Part shown: piece by piece, positions 27,854 to 37,380 of the stretch
Position numbering within the stretch: position 1 is the stretch's first letter
Layout: each line of letters starts with the position of its first letter
Assembly: GCA_016295795.1 (NCBI GenBank)
Contig: JAEDKN010000003.1
Location: forward strand, 1,680-65,679
Direction of reading: 5' to 3'
Origin: Bacilli bacterium
GTDB taxonomy: Bacteria; Bacillota_I; Bacilli_A; RF39; UBA660
Length of the DNA stretch: 64,000 nt
Made by a program: the position numbers and the translations under genes
The notes under the pieces: generated by a model
Told to the model about the DNA's origin: nothing
What the model saw: the letters and a program-made list of their open reading frames with translations, nothing else
Databases searched by the model: none

Positions 27854-29731
27854 TTAATTATTAATTCTTTTTAGATAATCTTGCATTCCTTTATCTACAC
27901 AGTAAACATAACAACCTTTCATACCTCTAGTCATTAATGTTCTATAGGTATTTTTTATTATGTTATCAGCAATTTTATTAGCTACTTCTTCGCCTTGTTC
28001 ATTAGCAATCTTCTTAATACCATTTAATGACGTATCTGTTTTAGCACGCTTAGTATAATCTGTTACTATATGACCATCTTCATATCTTAAATCATCACCA
28101 ATTATAACACCAACATAATCAAATTCTAATCCTTGACATGTATGAATGCAACCAACTTCATTAACTGATTCAGCATCAATTGCCCATGTAGTTGAATTTC
28201 CTAAATTCCAACTCATTCCAAAATTAAACTCAGGTATTTCTATATCATGAATTTCAGTATTATTTTTACCTTCACTAATCCAGTTCCAACAATAACCTGC
28301 TACTATTCTTGATTTATTATTTTCTTTGTTTTTTTCTTCAATTAATCTTCGAACTTCATTAGGATCATCTAATACTCTAAAGTCATAATCAAATCCATCT
28401 ATATCAAAATTAGCAGTATCTTTAATATCTAATACTCTATCTAACCATGCAATATACCCATCTGATCCATTACATCTAAATTGACTATCTAAATCAAATG
28501 TATAAATACCTGCTCCTGCTTCATTAGCAAACTTTTTAATTAAATCTTCACTACCAATATCTTTTAAAGTAACTTTTTGATTTTCATCTATAAAGAATAC
28601 AGAAAACTTAGCAGCATTTATAATTTCTTTAATTTGATTTTCACCTTTATTTTGAAACATACCAGATTTAGCATTTAATCTATGAGCTTCATCAACAACT
28701 AAACAATCTAGTTTATTTCTTTCTTCATCTATAAAACTTCCTGAACCTTGGAATAAGTGATTAATATATGTTTGAGTAAAATCTCCTCTTAATTTAGAAG
28801 AATATACACTTCTAGGTGCTGCATTTTTAGTAACATAAAAACAAGTCATATTTCTATTATTTAATTCAACTAATAAATTAACTGCAAGTACTGATTTTCC
28901 TGTACCAGGTCCACCTCTTACTATCATTACATTTTTTTCATTTCTAGATACTGTATCAATAGCATTTCTTAAAGCATATTCATAGACAATTTTTTGATTA
29001 TCAATCATATAGAATTCTCTATTACCTTTTAACATATTTCTTAAAGAATCTTGCAACATTTTAGATGGTCTAATTCTTCCATGATCTATCTCATATAGGA
29101 TATTACCATCATCACCAGTTTCAATATATTTTTTAATAAAATTTCTTAAATTAACAACATCATTATGTCCAAATAATGGCGCTTTATCAGTATATTCTTT
29201 ATATGTATTACTTTTTAATGTATCATCTTCTTCAAAATAATAATTATGAAGATATGCACATGGCACGACATTGATATCTTTTAATTGTACAGCTTCATTA
29301 TAATCTTTAATTAAATTAGCATAAGTCATAGCTTGATATGAAGGATGATTAACATCTCTCATTCCACCACCAGTATAAGTATTTACCTTATAAATACCAT
29401 CCATTTCTCCTACTTCAGTAGCTTTATCCCATTGTTTTAATTCTATTATAACAACATTTGATTTATCTTTATTGTAACCAGACATCATAAAATCGATTCT
29501 ACAACCAGTTGGAGGTATATTATATTCAATAGCTATACCAGTATTATTAGGTATTTCAGAATCACTTAAAACACCTCTCATATATTGCATAGAATTTTTC
29601 CACGAATTAAACTCTGGTACACTAGGTCTTTTCTTTACTACTTCAATATATTTATTTCTTATTTTATCAGCAATTATTCCTAAATCTACATCATCAATAA
29701 ATCCTGATTTAATTCCTTCATATACTAACAT
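27854..29731 (-). CDS. PD-(D/E)xK-like nuclease domain + DUF2075 P-loop ATPase/helicase-like protein
   Basis: N-terminal CRIDFMMSG...VVIIELKQW (D...ExK). GGPGTGKS Walker A, VVDEAHRL Walker B. C-terminal GVIIGDDL...YRTLMTRGMKGCYVY typical of DUF2075. Start at the ATG at 29731 (SD GAGGAG). Confidence 0.75.
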   Translation of the reverse strand: MLVYEGIKSGFIDDVDLGIIADKIRNKYIEVVKKRPSVPEFNSWKNSMQYMRGVLSDSEIPNNTGIAIEYNIPPTGCRIDFMMSGYNKDKSNVVIIELKQWDKATEVGEMDGIYKVNTYTGGGMRDVNHPSYQAMTYANLIKDYNEAVQLKDINVVPCAYLHNYYFEEDDTLKSNTYKEYTDKAPLFGHNDVVNLRNFIKKYIETGDDGNILYEIDHGRIRPSKMLQDSLRNMLKGNREFYMIDNQKIVYEYALRNAIDTVSRNEKNVMIVRGGPGTGKSVLAVNLLVELNNRNMTCFYVTKNAAPRSVYSSKLRGDFTQTYINHLFQGSGSFIDEERNKLDCLVVDEAHRLNAKSGMFQNKGENQIKEIINAAKFSVFFIDENQKVTLKDIGSEDLIKKFANEAGAGIYTFDLDSQFRCNGSDGYIAWLDRVLDIKDTANFDIDGFDYDFRVLDDPNEVRRLIEEKNKENNKSRIVAGYCWNWISEGKNNTEIHDIEIPEFNFGMSWNLGNSTTWAIDAESVNEVGCIHTCQGLEFDYVGVIIGDDLRYEDGHIVTDYTKRAKTDTSLNGIKKIANEQGEEVANKIADNIIKNTYRTLMTRGMKGCYVYCVDKGMQDYLKRINN

Positions 29732-29735
29732 AAAT

Positions 29736-30335
29736 TTACTCCTCACTTAAATACAAATTAGCTTGATATTGCATAGCATATATAACATTTATTATTATTT
29801 CTAAAAAATTAATAATTTGCTTAGCATCAGTTTCATTAAAAATAACTATTTCATGTGTTGCCTCATTACCTTTGTTTCTAATTATATCAACCCAACTTTT
29901 ACAATTTTTAGGAATATAATTATTTTTATCTAAAAAATCTACATATTCAATAAACTTTTTACCTTCTTCCGCTCCACAATCCACTGCAATATGCATCAAT
30001 AATTTACGAGCAGATAAAACACATGACGAAAATGCTGAAGCTTTATAGCAATTTCTAACTTCATCATATAAATGAAAAGTCTTTTCATCAGGAAATATCT
30101 TTTCAGAAAAACTTTTTCCATATTTATACATTGGAACTTGATTGTTCCAATCGATATAAGTTGGATAGTTACAATTATGGCATATATAAATATATCCTCG
30201 TTTATTTGGTTTACCAGAACTACTCCAATCTGTTAAGTAGTAACCTACATTAGAACTTATTTTTTCGCCGCAATATCCACATATAAAACTTTTACTGTCT
30301 AACTCAGAAGTATTTTTCCAATAAATTCCATTCAT
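29736..30335 (-). CDS. Zn-ribbon + DUF4145 domain protein
   Basis: CGYCGEK...CHNCNYP (CxxC...CxxC). C-terminal SARKLLMHIA...WVDIIRNKGNEATHE matches the DUF4145 R..GN...H signature. Start at the ATG at 30335 (SD AGGTGA). Confidence 0.65.
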   Translation of the reverse strand: MNGIYWKNTSELDSKSFICGYCGEKISSNVGYYLTDWSSSGKPNKRGYIYICHNCNYPTYIDWNNQVPMYKYGKSFSEKIFPDEKTFHLYDEVRNCYKASAFSSCVLSARKLLMHIAVDCGAEEGKKFIEYVDFLDKNNYIPKNCKSWVDIIRNKGNEATHEIVIFNETDAKQIINFLEIIINVIYAMQYQANLYLSEE

Positions 30336-30344
30336 ATATATCAC

Positions 30345-30659
30345 CTACAATTTATTATATTTTGTGCTATTACCTTTCGCTTTTTCTATTTCATATTTTT
30401 TAGCATTCTTTTTATATTTATCTAAAACTATTTGTTCTAAATCAACATCAAGTTTTTCAGCTAACATAATACAATAAGCTTGAACATCTGCTAATTCTTC
30501 AACTAATTCTTGTTTATCAAATTCATTATTCCATTGAAAACATTCTAATAATTCTCCTGCTTCAATAGAAATAGATTTAGCAAGATTTTCTGGAGTATGA
30601 AATTGACTCCAATCTCTTTCTTTATTAAATTCATCTATTACTCTTTTTGCTTCATTCAT
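30345..30659 (-). CDS. MazG-like nucleoside-triphosphate pyrophosphohydrolase (small all-alpha dCTPase/YpjD type)
   Basis: 104 aa. RDWSQFHTPENLAKSISIEAGELLECFQW and EELADVQAYCIMLA (EExxE/D metal-binding pairs). Confidence 0.8.
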   Translation of the reverse strand: MNEAKRVIDEFNKERDWSQFHTPENLAKSISIEAGELLECFQWNNEFDKQELVEELADVQAYCIMLAEKLDVDLEQIVLDKYKKNAKKYEIEKAKGNSTKYNKL

Positions 30660-30686
30660 AAGTAACACCTCTATATATATTTTAAC

Positions 30687-30710
30687 ATAAAAAAGCTAAT
30701 TTCTTAGCTT
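30687..30710 (-). terminator. Weak hairpin + U-tract overlapping the NUDIX stop (possible partial terminator)
   Basis: Minus strand AAGCTAA-gaaa-TTAGCTT followed by TTTTAT. Followed by TGtTAAAAT (rc 30679-30687), an extended -10-like sequence. Confidence 0.35.
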
Positions 30711-31090
30711 TCATTAGTAATTTTTTCTACAAAATATATATCTGCAGGAGCAAATTCATAATTTTCAAATTCTTCTTTTGTAATCCATGCAATTTGTTCA
30801 TGTTCTAAGACATCATAAGATTCTCCTATCATAGAACATTTAAGAACAATTAAATTTATTGTTTTATCTGGATATTCATATATTTTTTTATCAAAATATC
30901 CATCACAAATAATATTCATATTTAGTTCTTCTTTTATTTCTCTCACAATAGCATCTTCTTTACTTTCATTTTTTTCTATTTTACCTCCAGGAAATTCCCA
31001 TAAACCTCCTTGAGATTTTTTTAGACTTCTTTGTGCAATTAATATTTTCCCTTCTTTATTTGTTATTATTGCTGCTACTACATCTATCAT
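30704..31090 (-). CDS. NUDIX hydrolase (MutT/NudG-like (d)NTP pyrophosphohydrolase)
   Basis: NUDIX box GGKIEKNESKEDAIVREIKEELN. ATG overlaps the helicase stop (TAATG). Confidence 0.85.
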   Translation of the reverse strand: MIDVVAAIITNKEGKILIAQRSLKKSQGGLWEFPGGKIEKNESKEDAIVREIKEELNMNIICDGYFDKKIYEYPDKTINLIVLKCSMIGESYDVLEHEQIAWITKEEFENYEFAPADIYFVEKITNES

Positions 31091-33840
31091 TAATCTTTCA
31101 CCTTTTCTGGTATTTCAAAATCTAAATGATATTCTTCTGGTACTTCATTATCCAAAATAATATCAAATAATAAAGTTTGATGCTTAACTCCATTTTCTTC
31201 AGTAAATGAACTTCTTTCATTAGTAAATGTTCCTAATCCAAAATAAGTATAAGGAAGTGTTACTGAATCTTCACTTTCCATTTTTCTAATAAATAAGTGA
31301 ACTTTTTTTGAATTTCTTAAATGTTCTTTTTCACTTTCAGATATATTAGCTATACTTTCCCATTGGAATGTAGAATCATTTATAAATTTATCTTTATAAT
31401 TTAATTTACCTTCTTGATCTTTTTTTATTCCTGCAAATATATATGCTATATCATCTTTATAATAAGTACCTTTTTGAAGAATACCATTTTTTAACATAAT
31501 TCGAGATGCTTGTTCCTTATAATAGTTTCTATATAATTTAAACAAACCTTCATATTCTCCAAATTCTCTATTATATCTTGTTATACCATAATTTAATACA
31601 TCTTCTAAATATCTAATAAATTCTTTATTAGATTTATTAAAATACCATTCTCCATTTTCATTAACGATATTTAAAGACACTAAATTATCATATGCGTTTT
31701 TCAATGTTAAGTTAGTAATATGACTATTGATACCTTCTAATCTTTTTAAATCTATTTTATCTTCTTTTAACATTTGATTAATAATTAAATACTCATCTAA
31801 TCTGGCAATTGGTAATAAATCTTCTATTTTATTAATAATATCTATTTCTATGTCATTAAACATAGGAATGTTTTCTTCTCCTATTTTCAATAAAAAATTG
31901 TAATAAGATTTATTCTTAGAATTATTTAGTGATGATTTTATTATTCTTATTAAATCAGGTGCAACATCTGAATTTAAGAAATCCATATGTGTTGGATATG
32001 TTCCGCTATTTATATAAGATTTAAAATTTTGATAATCTTTTTCTAAAAAAACTTTAGAATTAAAATTAGTCTTATCTATATAATTCAATATTTCTTCTTT
32101 TGATAATTCATCAATATCAATAACAACATTAGGTATATCTAATGATTTAAAATCACTTCTAATCATTTGTTTTAAATATGCTTTTTCCATATAAGTTGTT
32201 TTTCCTAATGTTCCTAATGCTAATGCAATTTGAACTGCTCTATCATAATTATTTCCGATAAAATCTAATACAGTAACATATTCTTTACCTGGATATTTTC
32301 TTAAACCTCTACCTAATTGTTGAATAAATATTGTTTGAGATTCAGTTGGTCTTAAGAATAAAACCATATTAACTTGTGGTATATCAACACCTTCATTAAG
32401 AATATCTACAGTACAAATAATTTCTAACGGATTATTATCATCTTGTAAATCTCTAAATGCTTTCATTCTTATTCCAGTATCATTAATTCCTGTTAATGAT
32501 ATTGTTTGATATCCTTCTTCAAATAGTTCTTCAGCCATTAATTTAGAACTTTGAATATTGGTACAAAACGCTATACATTTTAATTTTTCATTTGGTTTTC
32601 TATGTTTTTCAATTTGTTCTTTAATAAATTCAATATTCTCTTGATTTGCTATTTGATTAGCAATTACCATTTTATCCTTTGAATTATAATCAACTAGTTG
32701 ATCTCTTATTCCATAATAATGAAATGGAACAACTAAATCATTGCTAATAGCATCTCTTAATCTTAATTCAAACGGAACATTTTGATCAAATAATCCAAAT
32801 ATATCTTGATTATCCATTCTCTCAGGAGTAGCTGTTAATCCTAACATAAATTCAGGTTTAAAGAATTCAAATATCTTCTTACCTGTATTTGCAACTATAT
32901 GATGTACTTCATCATATATAATATAGTCAAATTCTTCAGGACTAAATTCTTCAATATGTTTAGCTAACATTGTATTAGTTGCAAAAACAAAATCAGCATC
33001 CAAACTTTTTTCATTTCCAGTAAAGAATCCATAAGTTCTCTCAGCACCAAATACTGTTATAAATGAATCTCTAGCATCTTTCAAAATTGTTTCTCTATGA
33101 ACAATATATAGTAATCTTTTAGCACCAAAATTTCTTACATCAAAAGCTGCTAGATATGTTTTTCCGGAACCAGTAGCACTTATAATAAGCGATCTTTTAA
33201 TTCCCATATTTCTATATCTTCTTAATTCCCTTAAAGCTTTTCTTTGCATAGAATTTGGATTAATTGTTGTATCAGATATATTTATATAATCCATATCCCA
33301 TCTTTCAATAGCGTAATCCAATTGTAATTTATATTTTTCAATAAGACTATTTTCTAAAGGTAAAGTTTCTTTCCATAAATAAACAAAATCTTCCATAGCT
33401 TGATTATATGATTCCATTTTTTCTTTTGAATAAAGTGATACATTCCACTCTACATTTTTTAATAAAGCAAATCTTGTTATATTTGTCGAACCTACAATAA
33501 ATTCATAAGAATCCTCATATTCAAACAAATAACCTTTCGAATGAAATCCATTATCTCCAAAACATTCATAATCTAAATGACATTCAAAATGAGGATATTT
33601 ACTTTGTAAATTCATAAAGTATTCCAAAGAAGCAATATCTGTAAAATTTTGATATGTAGAAGTAATTAATTTTCCCTTCACTCCTCTTTCTAAAGCTTCT
33701 TCTAATTCCCTTTCAAATAGAATTAATCCTGCTTTTTTTATAAAACTAACAGAAAAAGAAAATGAATCACATTTTTTTAAACTATCAATTATTTTGTTCA
33801 AAAACATTTGGTCTTTATTTGTTAAAAATAAATCTTTCAT
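31090..33840 (-). CDS. PLD(HKD)-family nuclease domain + SF2 helicase + DUF3427-type C-terminal domain
   Basis: HSKGYLF...IVGSTNIT (HxK...GSxN). SATGSGKT Walker A, YDEVHH (DExH), helicase C motifs (QQLGRGLR). ~300-aa C-terminal region as in DUF3427 proteins. Confidence 0.8.
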   Translation of the reverse strand: MKDLFLTNKDQMFLNKIIDSLKKCDSFSFSVSFIKKAGLILFERELEEALERGVKGKLITSTYQNFTDIASLEYFMNLQSKYPHFECHLDYECFGDNGFHSKGYLFEYEDSYEFIVGSTNITRFALLKNVEWNVSLYSKEKMESYNQAMEDFVYLWKETLPLENSLIEKYKLQLDYAIERWDMDYINISDTTINPNSMQRKALRELRRYRNMGIKRSLIISATGSGKTYLAAFDVRNFGAKRLLYIVHRETILKDARDSFITVFGAERTYGFFTGNEKSLDADFVFATNTMLAKHIEEFSPEEFDYIIYDEVHHIVANTGKKIFEFFKPEFMLGLTATPERMDNQDIFGLFDQNVPFELRLRDAISNDLVVPFHYYGIRDQLVDYNSKDKMVIANQIANQENIEFIKEQIEKHRKPNEKLKCIAFCTNIQSSKLMAEELFEEGYQTISLTGINDTGIRMKAFRDLQDDNNPLEIICTVDILNEGVDIPQVNMVLFLRPTESQTIFIQQLGRGLRKYPGKEYVTVLDFIGNNYDRAVQIALALGTLGKTTYMEKAYLKQMIRSDFKSLDIPNVVIDIDELSKEEILNYIDKTNFNSKVFLEKDYQNFKSYINSGTYPTHMDFLNSDVAPDLIRIIKSSLNNSKNKSYYNFLLKIGEENIPMFNDIEIDIINKIEDLLPIARLDEYLIINQMLKEDKIDLKRLEGINSHITNLTLKNAYDNLVSLNIVNENGEWYFNKSNKEFIRYLEDVLNYGITRYNREFGEYEGLFKLYRNYYKEQASRIMLKNGILQKGTYYKDDIAYIFAGIKKDQEGKLNYKDKFINDSTFQWESIANISESEKEHLRNSKKVHLFIRKMESEDSVTLPYTYFGLGTFTNERSSFTEENGVKHQTLLFDIILDNEVPEEYHLDFEIPEKVKD

Positions 33841-34008
33841 ATAATCATCTCACTCAATTAAATTATACCAGAATGTATACTTTTAAACTAGATCTCTAAG
33901 GAATTTTTAATATTTAATTTTAACCTATCTAATGAAAAGAAAAAGAATTATTGATTATAGTTATATATATTGTAAAAAAGAATCTAAAAACAAAGATGCC
34001 TTATTCCG

Positions 34009-35418
34009 TTAAAGACCTAGAGCATCTATTTTTCGTTTACTTGCACTTTCTTTTTTTCTACCATCCACTTCAATTAATTCAATTTTAGTGTTCTTATATT
34101 TTTGCATAGCATTTTTAAAATTAGTTACTCTTTGATCGTGGTCACCTAAATCTATAAATAAATATATTCCTTTTTCTATTTCTTCTTGAGCCATATATAC
34201 TGGAATTTGCACCTCATAACAATGTGATAATTGATTATTAGAAGATTTTTTTATTTCAACTATAGTTTTATTTTTATAGCCAGAGCTAATTTTAAAATCT
34301 ACAGGACCGCTACCATTATTATTTTCTCTACTAATATCTATATCATTTGCTTTACAATATGAATCTGCTATTCCAAAAAAAAGATTTTGACTATGCGATT
34401 CACTTAATACTAAACCATTATCATCATATAATGATTTCCATAGCCCCTTTTCCTCAATTAAATATTTAAATTGATTACAAATTTTTTTAGTCAATTCATA
34501 AACATCTATATTTTTATCGATATTTAAAGGATTTTCTCTTACATAATCTTTAGATATATAATACCATTTTATTTCACCATTTTTATCTACCGAAAAATCA
34601 TATGATTCAATTTCATCTTCTCTATATTTTTCCAGAAAAGATTCAAAAAATTTTTCGTTACCCATAAACAATCTTTTAAATTCCTTCTTTGTATATTTTT
34701 TTCTTTTATTAGATGTGTTTAAATAACTAGAAAACTCTCTTCTTATTTTTTCATTAAAAGAAGAAACATAATCAATATCACTAAAATCTTCAGCAATTGG
34801 TAAATCTAGCAATAATTCTCTATCTATTACAAGTATTGGCTGATTATTATACTCATTTTTTGGTAGTTTATACACTTTATCTTTATATTTATAATCTTCT
34901 TTTTTTACTTCAAAATTAGAAAAAATATATTCTGAATACAGATAGATATTTTCCTTAATACTATTTAATATAATATCGCTTATCCTGTCACTTCCTATGC
35001 CTTTTTCAAATACACACATCACTTCAAAAATTTCCGGAAAATCTTTTTCTATATCTACAAATTCTTTTACAACTAGAATAATTTTTTCTGCTATTTCTTC
35101 CGATATACCTGAGCCTCTATCACTTTTCCTAGCATAACCTAATGATAAACCTTTTTCTTCTTTAGAAACTAATCTTTTAACCGCTTCATTCCAGTATCTA
35201 TCATTTTTGCTTTTCGAAGTTTTTAATAGTCTTAAAATTATACTAAACTGTTCCAAAATATTGTCATAACATCTCTTAAAATACTCATTTGTTGTCCTTT
35301 TTAATAACATAGGTGAAACAAATAATTTTGAATTTATATCCAAGAAGCTATCAAACGCACCTAATCCATCATATTTTTTCTTATCTATTTCTAAATAATC
35401 TGTAATAGTTATAGCCAT
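34009..35418 (-). CDS. Hypothetical protein with a C-terminal PD-(D/E)xK nuclease-like motif
   Basis: SESHSQNLF...GPVDFKIS...TIVEIKKS (E...D...ExK spacing). ~340-aa N-terminal region with no motif recognised. Start trimmed to the ATG at 35418 (the track extension runs through the upstream terminator). Confidence 0.55.
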   Translation of the reverse strand: MAITITDYLEIDKKKYDGLGAFDSFLDINSKLFVSPMLLKRTTNEYFKRCYDNILEQFSIILRLLKTSKSKNDRYWNEAVKRLVSKEEKGLSLGYARKSDRGSGISEEIAEKIILVVKEFVDIEKDFPEIFEVMCVFEKGIGSDRISDIILNSIKENIYLYSEYIFSNFEVKKEDYKYKDKVYKLPKNEYNNQPILVIDRELLLDLPIAEDFSDIDYVSSFNEKIRREFSSYLNTSNKRKKYTKKEFKRLFMGNEKFFESFLEKYREDEIESYDFSVDKNGEIKWYYISKDYVRENPLNIDKNIDVYELTKKICNQFKYLIEEKGLWKSLYDDNGLVLSESHSQNLFFGIADSYCKANDIDISRENNNGSGPVDFKISSGYKNKTIVEIKKSSNNQLSHCYEVQIPVYMAQEEIEKGIYLFIDLGDHDQRVTNFKNAMQKYKNTKIELIEVDGRKKESASKRKIDALGL

Positions 35419-35440
35419 ATTTACACACCCTTTCCTACTA

Positions 35441-35483
35441 AAAAACACCAATACAACACTTGTTAATCAAGTTTGTACTGGTG
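35441..35483 (-). terminator. Intrinsic terminator after the ATPase-RloB operon
   Basis: Minus strand CACCAGTACAAACTTG-attaa-CAAGTGTTGTATTGGTG followed by TTTTT. Confidence 0.6.
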
Positions 35484-35518
35484 CCTTATTACTTCTTAAC
35501 TTATTTAGAGAATTATCA

Positions 35519-36130
35519 TTAATTATTTAGATTATTAAATTCATCAATTGCATCTAATATTTTATATATACTAGTATGTGGATTTGAACTTAATAAAACT
35601 TCTTTATTCTTAATAATTTGTTGTTCAAAAGACTGGGCAGTACTCCTTGCATTATCTGTTGAATCTTTAATTATTTTATACATATCCATACTTTCTGTAT
35701 ATGTACCATTTAAATTTTGTAATTCCCTTTTTACATCTTTACTTGTTTGAAACTTTAATTTATTGTTTCGATAATGCATTACATACCATATTTCAAAAGT
35801 TGGAGCTGATGTAACTATTTCTATATTATTTTCAATGCATTCTTGTTCTATTTCTTTTATTTCACTTATTCGTCTTTCATCTAAATCTGTATCTAGTACT
35901 AAGAAAATTCTACAATTATCTTCTGAAGCAATATCTTCATTACGAATATATTTTAGTAAATCTTCTAACATTCCTTTAGGATCAGTACTATTTCCTGTAG
36001 AGAACTGAATTCTTAAATTTCTATTAGAATGATTTCTAAAATAATAATATTCTGAAGATTTTTTACCACCCTCTGAACAAATAACAATTAAGGGCTTTTT
36101 CTTGCTTTGTCTTAATTGTCTTCTAGCCAT
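35519..36130 (-). CDS. RloB-like (TOPRIM-related) protein
   Basis: PLIVICSEGGKKSSEYYYF resembles the RloB N-terminal EG..TE..YF motif. Overlaps the ATPase gene end by 19 nt. Confidence 0.6.
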   Translation of the reverse strand: MARRQLRQSKKKPLIVICSEGGKKSSEYYYFRNHSNRNLRIQFSTGNSTDPKGMLEDLLKYIRNEDIASEDNCRIFLVLDTDLDERRISEIKEIEQECIENNIEIVTSAPTFEIWYVMHYRNNKLKFQTSKDVKRELQNLNGTYTESMDMYKIIKDSTDNARSTAQSFEQQIIKNKEVLLSSNPHTSIYKILDAIDEFNNLNN

Positions 36131-37380
36131 AAATCAATATCTCTTATAAATGGAATTGCTCCGTATCTGCCATTTATATAACCTTTTTGTATATTTTCAT
36201 CTTTTCTAACTGAGAACGAATCAAGTGGATATAAATCTGATGCAGCTGTTTTTGAATCTTTTTCTGTAAACCATATTTGATCCCTTCTAAACAACTCTAA
36301 GCTTAATAAATTTATAGCATGAGTAGTAAATATTAACTGACTATTAGATTTATTAATTTTTTTATTATTAAACATTTTAATTATATATTCTACTATAGCA
36401 GGATGCAAACTTTTTTCTAATTCATCTATTACTATAACTTTATTATTCTCAAACGCATACTTTAAGAATGGAGCTAGAAAGAACAAAATTCGAGTTCCTT
36501 CTGATTCTGATTCAAGTCCCATGCCTATATTAAATGTATTATTATTTTCATCAACAACTTCATGTATTAATTCAATTTTTACATTAGATACCATAGGTGT
36601 TCCTACTGTTTTAGCTGCAGGTGGAATAAACATGTTAACCATATTAGTATCCATTTCTTTTTCCTCATAACTAACATTCAAATCTTTAATAAAGATATCA
36701 AATTCTTTCAACATATTTAATGTAAATGTTTTAAGTTCACCATTATTACTATAATCAATTAAAACTTCTTTTGAAATACTATCAAACGAATTATATGTAT
36801 CAATGTAATTTACAAACCATAAATAAGCATCTTTTGTTTTTTCATAATTCCAATTTGTAGCAGTTGCTAAAAACAATTTGTTTTCAGTATTTTTAGATTC
36901 AATAGATTTTAGTTTAGATTCTTCTGTTTTTGGAAAAGTATATTCATTTGTATTTGTTCTTGTGAATATATTAGTAGGTTTTTGAGTATAGTAAGCATCT
37001 AATGATTCTGTATAAACTTTAGTAGCATCAGCACTAAATGCATATTTATACCTAATATTATTAGATATAAAATCGAATTCGAACTCACTAGGACTACCCA
37101 TAGTAAACGCATCGAACATAAACGAATTAATTATCGGCAATCTCATTCCTACAGTATTATTGTTAGAATTTCTAACAAATAAAATTGCAAATGTAAAAGC
37201 TTTTATTAAATTAGATTTACCTGAAGCATTTGCTCCATATATAGCAGCAGTTTTAAGTAAATCAACATTGTTAGTAGATATTATATTATCTAAATTTTCA
37301 TCACCATTACCTTTTTCCATAGATAATGTTACTTTATTTTTAAAAGATAAAAAGTTCTTAACACTAAATTCTATAAGCAT
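36112..37380 (-). CDS. AAA/ABC-type ATPase (AAA_15/AAA_21-like), partner of the RloB-like protein
   Basis: MLIEFSVKNFLSFK..., Walker A GANASGKSNL, Walker B VIVIDELEKSLHP, FTTHAINLL. Start at the ATG at 37380 (SD AGGAGGAG). Confidence 0.8.
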   Translation of the reverse strand: MLIEFSVKNFLSFKNKVTLSMEKGNGDENLDNIISTNNVDLLKTAAIYGANASGKSNLIKAFTFAILFVRNSNNNTVGMRLPIINSFMFDAFTMGSPSEFEFDFISNNIRYKYAFSADATKVYTESLDAYYTQKPTNIFTRTNTNEYTFPKTEESKLKSIESKNTENKLFLATATNWNYEKTKDAYLWFVNYIDTYNSFDSISKEVLIDYSNNGELKTFTLNMLKEFDIFIKDLNVSYEEKEMDTNMVNMFIPPAAKTVGTPMVSNVKIELIHEVVDENNNTFNIGMGLESESEGTRILFFLAPFLKYAFENNKVIVIDELEKSLHPAIVEYIIKMFNNKKINKSNSQLIFTTHAINLLSLELFRRDQIWFTEKDSKTAASDLYPLDSFSVRKDENIQKGYINGRYGAIPFIRDIDLWLEDN

